Below are positions 39,004 to 50,694 of a stretch of DNA of 64,000 nt, piece after piece; the stretch's first letter is position 1, and the number at the start of each line of letters is the position of its first letter. Source of the DNA: Xanthobacteraceae bacterium. GTDB taxonomy: Bacteria > Pseudomonadota > Alphaproteobacteria > Rhizobiales > Xanthobacteraceae. The stretch covers positions 330 through 64,329 of the forward strand of contig DATIPA010000119.1 in the NCBI GenBank assembly GCA_035472475.1. Reading direction: 5' to 3'. The notes beneath the pieces are model-generated. The model was given only the letters and a program-made list of their open reading frames with translations. It had not been told where the DNA came from and did no database searches. Both the position numbers and the translations under genes were made by a program.

Positions 39004-39103
39004 AGTGAACTGCACTTTGTGCTCAACGCGCTCGCGCTCATTGCCTCAGCGTAAGTTGCGTTGACAGGCGCTCGCGGCCTTACGATCCGGAACTGCCCGC
39101 CGC

Positions 39104-40081
39104 TCAGTTCGTGGCCGGAGGGTGCCAAAGCGCTAGAAGACCGTCAAGGTTGAGTTGCTCGAGCGCCCGCACCGTCCCGGCGTCCTCGATGCGGCGCGCA
39201 AGCGACGCGAGGCCGACGAACTCGAAAACCGCGGCGGCCGGATGCAGGAACGAAAAGTCGGAAAACCGTGACCGCACCCGCCAATCGCGCACTGGTGTAT
39301 TGGGGTCAATGCTGCGTTCCTTGGCGAGCCACGCCACCGCGGATTTCTCATCGCCGAGCTCGTCCACGAGCTTGAGATCGATCGCCTGCCGGCCAGTAAA
39401 CACGCGACCGTCGGCGACACGTCCGAGGGCTTCGCCGTCGAGGTGACGCCGGGTCTGCACTAGTCCGCGGAACCACGCGTAGGAATCCATCACGATCGCC
39501 TCGATTGCGGCGCGCGCTTCCGGACTCGTCGGTTCAAAACCGTTGGGCGCGGCCTTCAGCGGGGATGATTTGATCTCCTCGACCTTGATGCCGATCGTCT
39601 TCATCAGCTCGGTCAAGTTCGGGTATTGGAACAGGACGCCGACCGATCCGACGAGCGACGTGCCCTGGGCAACGATGTGGTCCGACGCCATGGCGGTGAT
39701 GTAGCCCCCGGACGCGGCCAGACCATCGATCACGACGACCATCGGTTTGCGCGCGGCAAGCCGCCGCAAGGCATCGAACAGCTGTTCGGAGCCGGCGGTC
39801 GTCCCGCCCGGACTATCGACGTGCACGATGACAGCCTTCACCGAGGAACGGCCAAGCCGTTCGATCGATTCGACCCGCTCGGTGTCGCCGCGGATAAGGC
39901 CTTGGATCGTCAATCGCGCGATCGATCCGCTCGTCCCGCCTAACGCTCCGCGCCGCTCAGCCAGCAGGGCGGCTGTGGAAATAACGACCGCTGCGACGAT
40001 CAGGAATGCGAGCACACGCCAGAAGGTCAGCTTCCGCCGCAGGCGACGGCGGTCAACAATGGCGTCGGTATCCAACGGCAT
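39104..40081 (-). CDS. sppA: Signal peptide peptidase SppA (36K type)
   Basis: 325-aa ORF with an N-terminal TM and ClpP/crotonase-like motifs (DSPGGT, LAASGGYITA). Confidence 0.85.
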   Translation of the reverse strand: MPLDTDAIVDRRRLRRKLTFWRVLAFLIVAAVVISTAALLAERRGALGGTSGSIARLTIQGLIRGDTERVESIERLGRSSVKAVIVHVDSPGGTTAGSEQLFDALRRLAARKPMVVVIDGLAASGGYITAMASDHIVAQGTSLVGSVGVLFQYPNLTELMKTIGIKVEEIKSSPLKAAPNGFEPTSPEARAAIEAIVMDSYAWFRGLVQTRRHLDGEALGRVADGRVFTGRQAIDLKLVDELGDEKSAVAWLAKERSIDPNTPVRDWRVRSRFSDFSFLHPAAAVFEFVGLASLARRIEDAGTVRALEQLNLDGLLALWHPPATN

Positions 40082-40173
40082 GGATCAGCTCCTGCGAAGA
40101 CGTCATGCGCAAAAACTGATGCGCGGAGGCAGCTCTCCGCGCATCGTGTCTGCAAATCGCGTCGCGCCCGCGC

Positions 40174-41901
40174 CTATTCCTCGTCGCCCTCCTCCTTGGC
40201 GTCGCCCTTTTCGCCAGCGCGCTTAAGAGCGGTTCCAAGGATGTCGCCAAGCGTTGCGCCGGAGTCGGACGATCCGTACTGGGCGATCGCCTCCTTCTCC
40301 TCGGCGACCTCGAGTGCCTTGATCGAGACCGTGACCTTGTGGGTGCGGCGATCGAACTGGGTGACGCGCGCGTCGACCTTCTGGCCGACCTGGAAGCGAT
40401 CGGGCCGCTGCTCCTCGCGGTCGCGCGCGAGTTCCGAGCGCTTGATGAAGGCGGTGAGATCGGTTCCGACCAGCTTGACCTCGAGCCCGGAATCCTTGAC
40501 CTCGGTCACTTCACAGGTGACGACCGATCCCTTCTTCAGATCGCCGGCTTCCGCGAAAGGATCGCCCTGCAGCTGCTTGACGCCGAGCGAGATACGCTCC
40601 TTTTCGACGTCGACGTCCAGAACCTTGGCCCGGACCTTATCGCCCTTTTTGTAGTCGTCGATGACCTGTTCGCCGGGCCGTTTCCAGTCGAGATCCGACA
40701 GGTGGACCATGCCATCGATGTCGCCATCGAGGCCGAGGAACAGCCCGAATTCGGTCTTGTTCTTGACCTCGCCTTCAATGACGCTGCCGGGCGGATATTT
40801 TTCGACAAAGACTTCCCACGGGTTGCGCATAGTCTGCTTGAGACCGAGCGAGATGCGCCGCTTGACCGGGTCGACCTCGAGAATCTGCACCTCGACTTCC
40901 TGCGAGGTGGAGACGATCTTGCCCGGATGCACGTTCTTCTTGGTCCACGACATTTCCGACACGTGGATCAGGCCTTCGATGCCGGGCTCAAGCTCGACGA
41001 ACGCGCCGTAGTCGGTGATGTTGGTGACCCGACCCTTAAGCCGCATTCCAATTGGATATTTCGCATCGATGCCCTGCCAGGGGTCGGCCTGCAATTGCTT
41101 CATGCCGAGCGAGATGCGGTGCGTCTCGTGGTTGATCTTGATGATCTTGACCTTGACCTGCTGGCCGATGTTGAGCATCTCGGTCGGGTGGTTGACGCGC
41201 CGCCAGGCGATGTCGGTCACGTGCAGCAGGCCGTCGATGCCCCCGAGATCCACAAACGCGCCGTAGTCGGTAATGTTCTTGACCACGCCGTCGATGACCT
41301 GGCCCTCTTCGAGATTCTGCACCAGTTCCTGACGCTGTTCGGCACGGGTTTCTTCCAGCACGGTACGGCGGGACACTACGATGTTGCCGCGCCGACGGTC
41401 CATTTTCAGGATTTGGAACGGCTGCGGCACATTCATCAACGGCGTGACGTCGCGAATCGGCCGGATATCGACCTGCGAGCGCGGTAGGAATGCAACCGCG
41501 CCGTCGAGATCGACAGTGAACCCGCCCTTGACCTGGTTGAAGATGACGCCGGAAACCTTCTCGTTGCCCTTGAAGGCCTGTTCCAGCTTGCCCCAGCTCT
41601 CTTCGCGGCGCGCCTTGTCGCGTGACAGCACGGCTTCGCCGAGCGCGTTTTCGACGCGCTCGAGATAAACCTCGACCGTATCGCCGACCTTGAGTTCGTT
41701 TTGACGTCCCGGGCCCGCGAATTCGCGCACCGGCACACGTCCTTCGGTCTTCAATCCGACATCGATGACTGCGAGGTCCTTCTCGATGCCGACAATGATC
41801 CCCTTGATGACGGAGCCTTCCTGCAGGTTGCCCTTAGTGAAGGACTCTTCGAGCAATTGGGCAAAATCTTCGCGCGACGGCGCAGCGGCAGTAGCAACCA
41901 T
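40174..41901 (-). CDS. rpsA: 30S ribosomal protein S1
   Basis: Start ATG 41901 ([21 protein letters not shown]) followed by six S1 repeats. The ORF extension to 42168 looks non-coding. Confidence 0.95.
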   Translation of the reverse strand: MVATAAAPSREDFAQLLEESFTKGNLQEGSVIKGIIVGIEKDLAVIDVGLKTEGRVPVREFAGPGRQNELKVGDTVEVYLERVENALGEAVLSRDKARREESWGKLEQAFKGNEKVSGVIFNQVKGGFTVDLDGAVAFLPRSQVDIRPIRDVTPLMNVPQPFQILKMDRRRGNIVVSRRTVLEETRAEQRQELVQNLEEGQVIDGVVKNITDYGAFVDLGGIDGLLHVTDIAWRRVNHPTEMLNIGQQVKVKIIKINHETHRISLGMKQLQADPWQGIDAKYPIGMRLKGRVTNITDYGAFVELEPGIEGLIHVSEMSWTKKNVHPGKIVSTSQEVEVQILEVDPVKRRISLGLKQTMRNPWEVFVEKYPPGSVIEGEVKNKTEFGLFLGLDGDIDGMVHLSDLDWKRPGEQVIDDYKKGDKVRAKVLDVDVEKERISLGVKQLQGDPFAEAGDLKKGSVVTCEVTEVKDSGLEVKLVGTDLTAFIKRSELARDREEQRPDRFQVGQKVDARVTQFDRRTHKVTVSIKALEVAEEKEAIAQYGSSDSGATLGDILGTALKRAGEKGDAKEEGDEE

Positions 41902-42194
41902 GAACTCTCCTGGGCGCCGACGGTTAGAATGAAGGGCGTTCCGAACGCGCGGGCTGAAGGCCACGGGGACCTGCAGCGACTGCCAAACGGCAGGCCGGCG
42001 CGTAACCGAGCGGTCGGAACGATGGTTATTGTGGGTCGGCCGTGAAAGAAGCCTGCGCGCGGACTGATCCTCCTCGACGAGGACCCCGTTTGGCGTCCTC
42101 GGCCCGCGCGGACGGCTTCGACCTTGTCGATGGCTGCCCGAACCGGGGGGATATAGCCAACCACGCAAGCGTGGGCAAGGGCCGCGAGAGGCCG

Positions 42195-43823
42195 TCAGGC
42201 CCTCATTAGAACCGCATCCAGCACACTCCCGAGCGCCTTTTCCGGGTCGCCGATCATCGTCTTTGCACGCCAGGCGACGAAGCCGTCAGGACGAATCAGG
42301 ACCGCGCCGTCCTGCGACAAGCCATAGGCCTGCGCGAACGCGGCCTCGGGATCGTGCACGTCCGCGCCTCCGACGACATGCGCGGCGATCGCAAGGTCCG
42401 GAAACCGCCGAGCCACGGCGCTTGCAGCTCGGCACCACGTATCGCCGCCCCGCGCGGCCAGGAGAACGAACGCGTCGCCGAAGAGGTCGAGCGTCGACAC
42501 CTGCCGCCCGGTTCGCTCGAGCCAGACGTGTGGAGCGCGCGAACCGGGACGACCGCACGTCCTGTGCGGATCGGCATGGACGGCCGCGTCACCATCGTCC
42601 GCGACGATCGCCGACGAGTGATAGATGTGACCGAGTTCGATGTCGAAATCATCCGCAAGCGGCTGGAAATCGGTCGCCCCAAGATAAGGAGCGGTCCGCG
42701 TGACGTAGCGGGTGTAAGCCTGTTCAACCGTGAACTTTGCGATCGGGCGGCGTTCCATGTCGTAGGTCTCGAGCAGCCTGGGTCCGGCCAAGCCCTTGAG
42801 GACGTAGGCAAGCTTCCAGGCCAGGTTGTGCGCGTCGTGAATACCGGTGTTGCCGCCGAAGCCGCCGTTGGGCGGCATCAGATGCGCGGCGTCGCCCGCG
42901 AGGAAAATCCGGCCTTGCGCAAACTGCCGGGCGACGTCAGACGTCGCCCGCCAGCGCGCGACCCCATCGATCCGTACCGACAGATCGGGAACGCCCGCGG
43001 CGGCACGCACGAACTCGATCAAGCGTTTTTCGCTCACGTCCTTGGCGACGTTGGCAGCGTCCGGATCGGTCAGCGGATCGCCGACCCGGTTGATGCCAAT
43101 GAAGCCCGATTGGCAATCCTTGTTCATCCGCATGAATCCACCGAACACCGGATTGTTGATGTAGATGACGCTCAACGGCTTGCCGCCCAGTTGCGGCGAC
43201 AGATCAGCCGTGAAGTAGATCGTGATGCTGTTGGAAAAGACGCCGCGTCCGTCGAGCGGAACGCCCAGCAATTCGCGCACCACGCTGTGTGCCCCATCGG
43301 CGCCGACGAGATATTGCCCGCGCAACTCCTTCGACTCGCCGCTGTCGGCGTTCTTCACCGTGACCGTGACGCCATTGTCATCCTGTGCAACCGACGCGAC
43401 CGCGTATCCTTCCAGCAATTGCGCGCCGGCCTCCTTGGCACGTCGGCGTAGAATCGGCTCGAGGCTCGGCTGACTGATGAACAACCGCCGGCACGGGCTC
43501 AGCGCCTCGACGCCGGCGTTGAGGCTGCCGATGATGTCGGCGAGCTTTTTGCCGGAGAGGTTGTCCATCGCGATGATGGCGCCTTCGGGCAGGAAATCTT
43601 CCTCCGAGCGGCGCTTGACCTCGTCCTCTATTCCGGCGAGGCGGAACAGTTCGAGCGTGCGCATGTGGAAATGCGCCGCCCGCGGCAGCGGCGACCCACC
43701 TTTCAATCGCTCAACCGCGATCGACGCGATCCCCTGTTGGGCGAGAAACATCGCGGTCGATAAGCCGATCAGGCCGCCGCCTGCGATCACGACGGGACAT
43801 TCCTGCGTCGCTTCCGCACGCAT
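42195..43823 (-). CDS. FAD-dependent aromatic-ring monooxygenase (PheA/TfdB-like)
   Basis: 542-aa ORF with GxGxxG (VVIAGGGLIGL), GADGAHS and LAGDAAH motifs. Confidence 0.85.
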   Translation of the reverse strand: MRAEATQECPVVIAGGGLIGLSTAMFLAQQGIASIAVERLKGGSPLPRAAHFHMRTLELFRLAGIEDEVKRRSEEDFLPEGAIIAMDNLSGKKLADIIGSLNAGVEALSPCRRLFISQPSLEPILRRRAKEAGAQLLEGYAVASVAQDDNGVTVTVKNADSGESKELRGQYLVGADGAHSVVRELLGVPLDGRGVFSNSITIYFTADLSPQLGGKPLSVIYINNPVFGGFMRMNKDCQSGFIGINRVGDPLTDPDAANVAKDVSEKRLIEFVRAAAGVPDLSVRIDGVARWRATSDVARQFAQGRIFLAGDAAHLMPPNGGFGGNTGIHDAHNLAWKLAYVLKGLAGPRLLETYDMERRPIAKFTVEQAYTRYVTRTAPYLGATDFQPLADDFDIELGHIYHSSAIVADDGDAAVHADPHRTCGRPGSRAPHVWLERTGRQVSTLDLFGDAFVLLAARGGDTWCRAASAVARRFPDLAIAAHVVGGADVHDPEAAFAQAYGLSQDGAVLIRPDGFVAWRAKTMIGDPEKALGSVLDAVLMRA

Positions 43824-43921
43824 GACGCATCCTCCGGCCGTTGATTGCCGGAATGTTAGCGCGTTGGAGGAGGTCCCTGCACCAACTTCGCGTTATGAAG
43901 CCCATTCCGCGGAAACGGGCA

Positions 43922-45903
<1,982 letters not shown>

Positions 45904-46037
45904 TTAGCACCCGGTGGCGCCCACGTCATCTCGCCGACCCGGCCGCATTTGTGCCCCTGGCGCTATTGACAGCCGCTCCGTGGGCAGCATAGGGGAGAGC
46001 CCTTTTCCAACCACCCGTTTTTTAAGGATCGCGCACG

Positions 46038-46445
46038 GTGGCGAAACCCGAGCTTGGTACCAAACGCCTCTGCGCCAGTTGCGGCGCGAAGTTCTACGAC
46101 CTGAACAAGACCCCGATCGCGTGCCCCAAATGCGGCACGCCGTTCGAAGTCGTTCCGGTGACCACGCGACCACGCCCCGATCAGCGAGCGGCGGCACGCC
46201 AGCCCGAGGTCGAGGTCGAGGAGGTACAGGAGGCCGAGCTGATCTCGCTCGAGGAAGCCGACGCCGAGGCCCAGGGCAAGAAGGTACCGGCCGCTGCGGA
46301 AGGTGCAGAGGCGACCGAGGACGGGGAGACGGAAGAGGCCATTGAGGACGACGCCGAGGACACGTTCATCGAGCAGGAGGAAGAAGAAGACACCGACGTC
46401 TCCGAGATCATCGGCGGCGACATCGAGGATGAAGAAGAGACTTGA
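46038..46445 (+). CDS. TIGR02300 (FYDLN_acid) family protein
   Basis: 135-aa ORF from GTG with CxxC...CPKC, a FYDLN motif (CASCGAKFYDLNK) and an acidic C-terminal tail. Confidence 0.8.
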   Translation: MAKPELGTKRLCASCGAKFYDLNKTPIACPKCGTPFEVVPVTTRPRPDQRAAARQPEVEVEEVQEAELISLEEADAEAQGKKVPAAAEGAEATEDGETEEAIEDDAEDTFIEQEEEEDTDVSEIIGGDIEDEEET

Positions 46446-46528
46446 CGCCGACGGCGGTGGTATATGGTTGCGGTGTAGGTCTATCGTTGAGGTGCGGCGC
46501 GGCAATCCCAAGACCGCGCATCTCGGTC

Positions 46529-46604
<76 letters not shown>

Positions 46605-46746
46605 AATAAAATGTCCGTTTCTCTAATAGGCTAACAAGGCCGCGGCGGCCCTGACGGGCGAACGTTGGCGGCCGCCCCGCAGGCAACGCGCTTGCGACCG
46701 GCGCCTGCCCACCACACTATTCAGCCCGCAAGCGGGAGGATCGGCC

Positions 46747-47742
46747 ATGCAAGGCAAAGTCGGCCTGGAAGAACACTTCGCAATCGAGGACACCATCAAC
46801 GACTCGAAGGGATTTCTGCCTGAGCGGGTGTGGCCAGAGCTGCGCGCGCGGCTGCTCGATTTCCACGACAAGCGGCTTGCCGAGATGGACAAGCACGGCA
46901 TGGAGATCATGATCCTGTCGCTCAACGCGCCGGCCGTGCAAGCAATCCCCGACCCGAAGCGTGCGAACGACGTCGCCCGCGAGGCCAACGATCTCCTCGC
47001 CGAACAAGTCCGCAAGCGGCCCGACCGATTTGCCGCGCTCGCCGCGCTCCCGATGCAGGATCCGGAGCTCGCCATCGCCGAGCTTGAACGCTGCGTGCGT
47101 GATCTCGGCTTCTGCGGCGCGCTCGCCAACGGCTTTTCGCAGGTCGGCGACGCCAACACGGCGGCCTACCTTGACCTTAAGCGTTACTGGCCGTTTTGGG
47201 CGACGGTCGAAAGACTCGACGTTCCGTTCTATCTGCATCCGCGCAATCCGCTGCCGGCATGGTCGCAGATCTATGAAGGCCATTCCTGGCTGCTCGGCCC
47301 GACCTGGGCGTTCGGAGTCGAGACCGCGACCCACGCATTGCGGCTGATGGGCTCGGGCCTGTTCGACGCCTATCCGCGCCTGCAGATTGTTTTGGGCCAC
47401 ATGGGCGAAGGCTTGCCCTACTCGATGTGGCGGGTCGACAACCGCAACAACTGGTCGAAATCGCCGCACAATTGTCCGGCCAAGAAGAAGATGGGTGAGT
47501 ATTTTGCGGCCAACTTCTACCTGACCACGGCCGGCAATTTCCGCACCCAGACGCTGATCGACGCCATGCTGGAGATCGGCGTCGACCGGCTGTTGTTCTC
47601 CACCGACTGGCCGTTCGAGGATATCAGCGACGCAGCGGTGTGGTTCGATGCCGCACCTATCAGTGAGCCGGACCGCATCAAAATCGGCCGCACCAATGCC
47701 TTGCGGCTGTTCAAGCTGGCCGGTCATGCGGCCGCGACTTGA
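46747..47742 (+). CDS. Amidohydrolase-2 family decarboxylase, 2,6-dihydroxybenzoate (gamma-resorcylate) decarboxylase-like
   Basis: 331-aa ORF MQGKVGLEEHFAIEDT...MILSLNAPAVQAIPD...FYLHPRNPLP...LFSTDWPFE. Collinear with Rhizobium gamma-resorcylate decarboxylase as recalled. Confidence 0.85.
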   Translation: MQGKVGLEEHFAIEDTINDSKGFLPERVWPELRARLLDFHDKRLAEMDKHGMEIMILSLNAPAVQAIPDPKRANDVAREANDLLAEQVRKRPDRFAALAALPMQDPELAIAELERCVRDLGFCGALANGFSQVGDANTAAYLDLKRYWPFWATVERLDVPFYLHPRNPLPAWSQIYEGHSWLLGPTWAFGVETATHALRLMGSGLFDAYPRLQIVLGHMGEGLPYSMWRVDNRNNWSKSPHNCPAKKKMGEYFAANFYLTTAGNFRTQTLIDAMLEIGVDRLLFSTDWPFEDISDAAVWFDAAPISEPDRIKIGRTNALRLFKLAGHAAAT

Positions 47743-47813
47743 CCGGAACGTTGCCCGGTGACATGGCGGTCTGATAAACCGCAATCAGCAACAATATCGA
47801 ATCGGGGCAGCTC

Positions 47814-48608
47814 ATGGATCAACGCGTTCCAAACAAGCGTGACGCGCTCGCGAGCTTGATCGCATTCGTATCGAACTCCGTCGCGCAAGCCCGCGTGGTC
47901 GAGAAGCCGTTCTACCATCTCGTGTTCGATCGCGTGTTTCCGAACGACACCTACGCCCAGATGGTCGACGCGATGCCGAGCGCGGCCGATTACCGGCCGC
48001 TGTGGGGACGCAACAAGGGCAACATGCGCGAGGACGGCACCTCGACCCGCGTGAAGATCGATTTGTTCCCCGAGTACACGCGCCATCTGCCGGACCACAA
48101 ACGCGCGCTGTGGGACCTGGTTGGCCGCGCGCTTTGCTCAGCTGAAGTTCAATCGGCGCTGATGCGCGCGCTCGCGCCCGCCTTGAAGCGGCGCTTCGGC
48201 GACGGCTTCGCGGATGTCGGCATGTATCCGATTCCGGTGCTCACCCGCGACACGCCCGGCTACCGGATCACGCCGCACACCGACACCCAGTGGAAAGGCA
48301 TCACTGTGCAGCTCTATCTGCCGCGCGACGACAAGGCGACCCACATCGGCACGATCTTTCACGGCCGCCTGCCCGACGGCTCGCTGCCGAAGGCAACGCA
48401 GATGCGGTTTGCGCCCAACACCGGCTACGCCTTCGCGGTCGGCGACAACACTTGGCATTCGGCCGATCCGGTGGGAAACGAAGTCGAGACGCGCGACAGC
48501 GTCCTGCTCACCTATTTTGTCGACGCCGGATTGCTGCGCTTCTTGCGCAACCGCGGCAAGCGTGTTGGCAATTTCATGCTCAACGAGGTCCGCTACCTCG
48601 CCGGCTAG
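47814..48608 (+). CDS. Hypothetical protein, possibly 2OG-Fe(II)-oxygenase-like
   Basis: 264-aa ORF with good GC3 bias. HxD (ITPHTD) and a distal His (NTWHSADP) suggest a cupin/2OG facial triad. The assignment is weak. Confidence 0.55.
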   Translation: MDQRVPNKRDALASLIAFVSNSVAQARVVEKPFYHLVFDRVFPNDTYAQMVDAMPSAADYRPLWGRNKGNMREDGTSTRVKIDLFPEYTRHLPDHKRALWDLVGRALCSAEVQSALMRALAPALKRRFGDGFADVGMYPIPVLTRDTPGYRITPHTDTQWKGITVQLYLPRDDKATHIGTIFHGRLPDGSLPKATQMRFAPNTGYAFAVGDNTWHSADPVGNEVETRDSVLLTYFVDAGLLRFLRNRGKRVGNFMLNEVRYLAG

Positions 48609-48636
48609 CGTGCCGCGGGGCGGTCGCGCAGCCTGC

Positions 48637-48665
48637 TTGAACGCGCGCCGCTTCGCTCCCATATA
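48637..48665 (+). promoter_or_regulatory. Candidate sigma-70-type promoter for hsp20
   Basis: TTGAAC (48637-48642), a 17-nt spacer, then CATATA (48660-48665). Confidence 0.4.
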
Positions 48666-48671
48666 GCGGTG

Positions 48672-48761
48672 TGAGCCGCCGAGGAGGGCCTTGGGCATCC
48701 TCGCCCGGTTCAGGGGCGCCGCGAGGGCCCCTCGCAAAGTCGCTATCGAGGACTTTGGCCC
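48672..48761 (+). promoter_or_regulatory. ROSE-like RNA thermometer in the hsp20 5' UTR
   Basis: Three hairpins at 48680-48703, 48713-48731 and 48736-48756. The last is AAAG-UC(G)CU-AUCG-AGGA-CUUU, which pairs SD AGGA (48749-48752) with a UCGCU motif and leaves a bulged G. Confidence 0.6.
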
Positions 48762-49187
48762 ATGTCGCGTTTGCCCTCCCTCTCCAGCCCGTTTCTACTC
48801 GGCTTTGACGAGATCGAGCGCGCGCTCGACCGGGTGACCAAAACCGCCGACGGCTATCCGCCCTACAACATCGAGCGAATCGCGCGCGGGCAAAGTAGCC
48901 CCGAGCGGCTGCGGATCACGCTCGCCGTTGCCGGCTTTACCTGCGATCAACTCGACGTGAGCGTGGAGGAGCGCCAACTCGTGATCCGTGGACGGCAGCA
49001 CGACGACAAGGAGCGGCAATACATCCATCGCGGCATTGCGGCGCGGCAATTTCAGCGGACGTTCGTTTTGGCCGACGGCATGGAGGTCCTGGGCGCGGAT
49101 CTGCGCAATGGGCTGTTGTCGATCGACCTCGCGCGGCCGGACGCGGAGCGCAGTGCAAAATCTATCGCTATCAGACAACATGAATAG
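48762..49187 (+). CDS. Hsp20/alpha-crystallin family small heat-shock protein (IbpA-like)
   Basis: 141-aa ORF with an alpha-crystallin domain (YPPYNIERI...LRITLAVAGF...FQRTFVLADGMEVLGADLRNGLLSIDL). Confidence 0.9.
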   Translation: MSRLPSLSSPFLLGFDEIERALDRVTKTADGYPPYNIERIARGQSSPERLRITLAVAGFTCDQLDVSVEERQLVIRGRQHDDKERQYIHRGIAARQFQRTFVLADGMEVLGADLRNGLLSIDLARPDAERSAKSIAIRQHE

Positions 49188-49277
49188 GCCTTCAGACTAA
49201 CGACGAAGGTATGGGAGGAACGTCGCGAGGGAACAGAACAGGCTGCATCGGTGTTAATGAGTACAAGGGTTCAGGTC

Positions 49278-49544
49278 ATGACAAACGAAACAACAAATTC
49301 AAACCACCCGAAGATGTCACCCGAAGCGCTCGCGCAACTCGGCGGCGGCCGCATTGCGTATCTGCGGACGATCCGCTCGGAAGAGGTTGCGACGCTATTT
49401 CCGCAGGCACCCGAGATGGCGCCGGGCTTGAACCTGTTCGCGTTGCTTGCTGCCGATGGCACGCCGATCATGCTCACCGACACGCGCGAGGCCGCGATCG
49501 CCAATGCCTGGGACAATGAGCTCGAGATGGTGAGCGTGCATTGA
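49278..49544 (+). CDS. DUF1150 family protein
   Basis: 88 aa from ATG 49278 (alternative starts at 49251 and 49257). The hsp20-DUF1150 gene pair is common in Rhizobiales. Confidence 0.7.
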   Translation: MTNETTNSNHPKMSPEALAQLGGGRIAYLRTIRSEEVATLFPQAPEMAPGLNLFALLAADGTPIMLTDTREAAIANAWDNELEMVSVH

Positions 49545-49595
49545 TCCGTGTGCAGCTGCGCGGCTAGTTCGTCAAACAATATCTGACTGCTGCCT

Positions 49596-49619
49596 ATGGC
49601 CCGCTTTTAAGCGGGCCAT
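49596..49619. terminator. Candidate bidirectional terminator hairpin between convergent genes
   Basis: ATGGCCCGC-UUUUAA-GCGGGCCAT: a 9-bp perfect GC-rich stem between DUF1150 (+) and ptsN-like (-). The flanking U-tract is weak. Confidence 0.5.
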
Positions 49620-49659
49620 TGCGTATCAGAGCGCGGGTTGTTCTCAGATCTGAAATTCG

Positions 49660-50121
49660 CTAGCCGTGCACCGGCGAGGGCATGGCCAGCACGGAATATA
49701 TCGCTTCCGACGCATGCGCGTCGCGCAGCTTGTTGGCGATGTCCGGATCGCGCAACAGTCGCGCCACGCGGGCGAGCGCCTTGAGGTGGTCGGCACCGGC
49801 AGCCTCGGGAGCGAGCAGCACGAACACGAGGTCGACCGGTTGGCCGTCGAGCGCCTCGAAGTCGATCGCCCGGTCGAGCCGGGCGAACAATCCGAACAGC
49901 CGATCGAGCTTGGCGAGCTTTCCGTGCGGGATCGCGATGCCGGAACCTACGCCGGTCGAGCCGAGCTTCTCGCGCTGCATGAGAACGTCGAACACCTCGC
50001 GTTCGCTGCGACCAGTGAGATCCGCCGCCTTGGCCGCGAGCTCGTGCAGCGCCTGCTTCTTGTTATTGACCTTGAGCGCCGGAATGATCGCCTGCGGCGC
50101 AACGAGATCATTTAGCGGCAT
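49660..50121 (-). CDS. ptsN: PTS IIA-like nitrogen-regulatory protein (PtsN / EIIA-Ntr)
   Basis: 153 aa from ATG 50121 (MPLNDLVAPQAIIP...). Active-site region GSGIAIPHGKL. Confidence 0.8.
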   Translation of the reverse strand: MPLNDLVAPQAIIPALKVNNKKQALHELAAKAADLTGRSEREVFDVLMQREKLGSTGVGSGIAIPHGKLAKLDRLFGLFARLDRAIDFEALDGQPVDLVFVLLAPEAAGADHLKALARVARLLRDPDIANKLRDAHASEAIYSVLAMPSPVHG

Positions 50122-50499
50122 GGGTAAATTCCGAAAGAGGTTGCCCCAATGGATTTGTTCTCGCGGCACTCCCGCGGCGCATTGGGCGGCGGACCATAGG
50201 GACCGCCCTACCCGCCGTCAATAGCACTTACGCTTGTTGTAACGCGCTGGCACCAGTCGCGGTTTCGAACGCGAGCAAAGGCCACACCGGACGTTTCAGC
50301 GTACCATCCGCGACCAATCCGCCGCGTTGGTTTTGCTGAGAAATTGGACGGGAATGGGATTTTTCAAGATGTCACATTTGCACGCCAGACCTTCCCATCG
50401 CGGGGGCTCACGTCGGCGTATCAAAAGTTGGCCGGATTGCGTCCTTGTCCCCACGCGGCGAAATGGTATCCGTTTCCACAATCGCGGCCGCAGAGCGCT

Positions 50500-50575
50500 C
50501 TAGTGTCCCGCTTCCGACGCTTGAACCCCTTAGCGGCGGGCACTTTTACAAGCGTCGGAAACAAAGCGACACTAG
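50500..50575. repeat. Long imperfect palindrome A (about 22 bp of pairing)
   Basis: Outer CTAGTGTC/GACACTAG (8 bp) and inner TTCCGACGCTTG/CAAGCGTCGGAA (12 bp) around a 25-nt loop. Confidence 0.5.
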
Positions 50576-50585
50576 CAACTTTATG

Positions 50586-50669
50586 ATTCTAAGTGTGGCT
50601 TTGGATTGACGTTCCTACGAAGAACTCGCCGCGATGCTGGTAGGAACGTCAAATCCGCCACACTAGGAT
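50586..50669. repeat. Long imperfect palindrome B (about 29 bp of pairing), 26 nt upstream of the nasT ATG
   Basis: Inner TTGACGTTCCTAC/GTAGGAACGTCAA (13 bp) and outer GTGTGGC/GCCACAC (7 bp) plus flanking pairs. It shares CTA(A)GTGT...ACACTAG termini with palindrome A. Confidence 0.5.
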
Positions 50670-50694
50670 AGCCCGCCGCGTATACATCGAGCCC

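Noticed and set aside
50296-50586. Small ORFs (61 and 80 aa) in the ptsN-nasT intergenic region
   Set aside because: They have no SD, atypical composition and low GC3, and they overlap the palindromic repeats. They are more likely non-coding.
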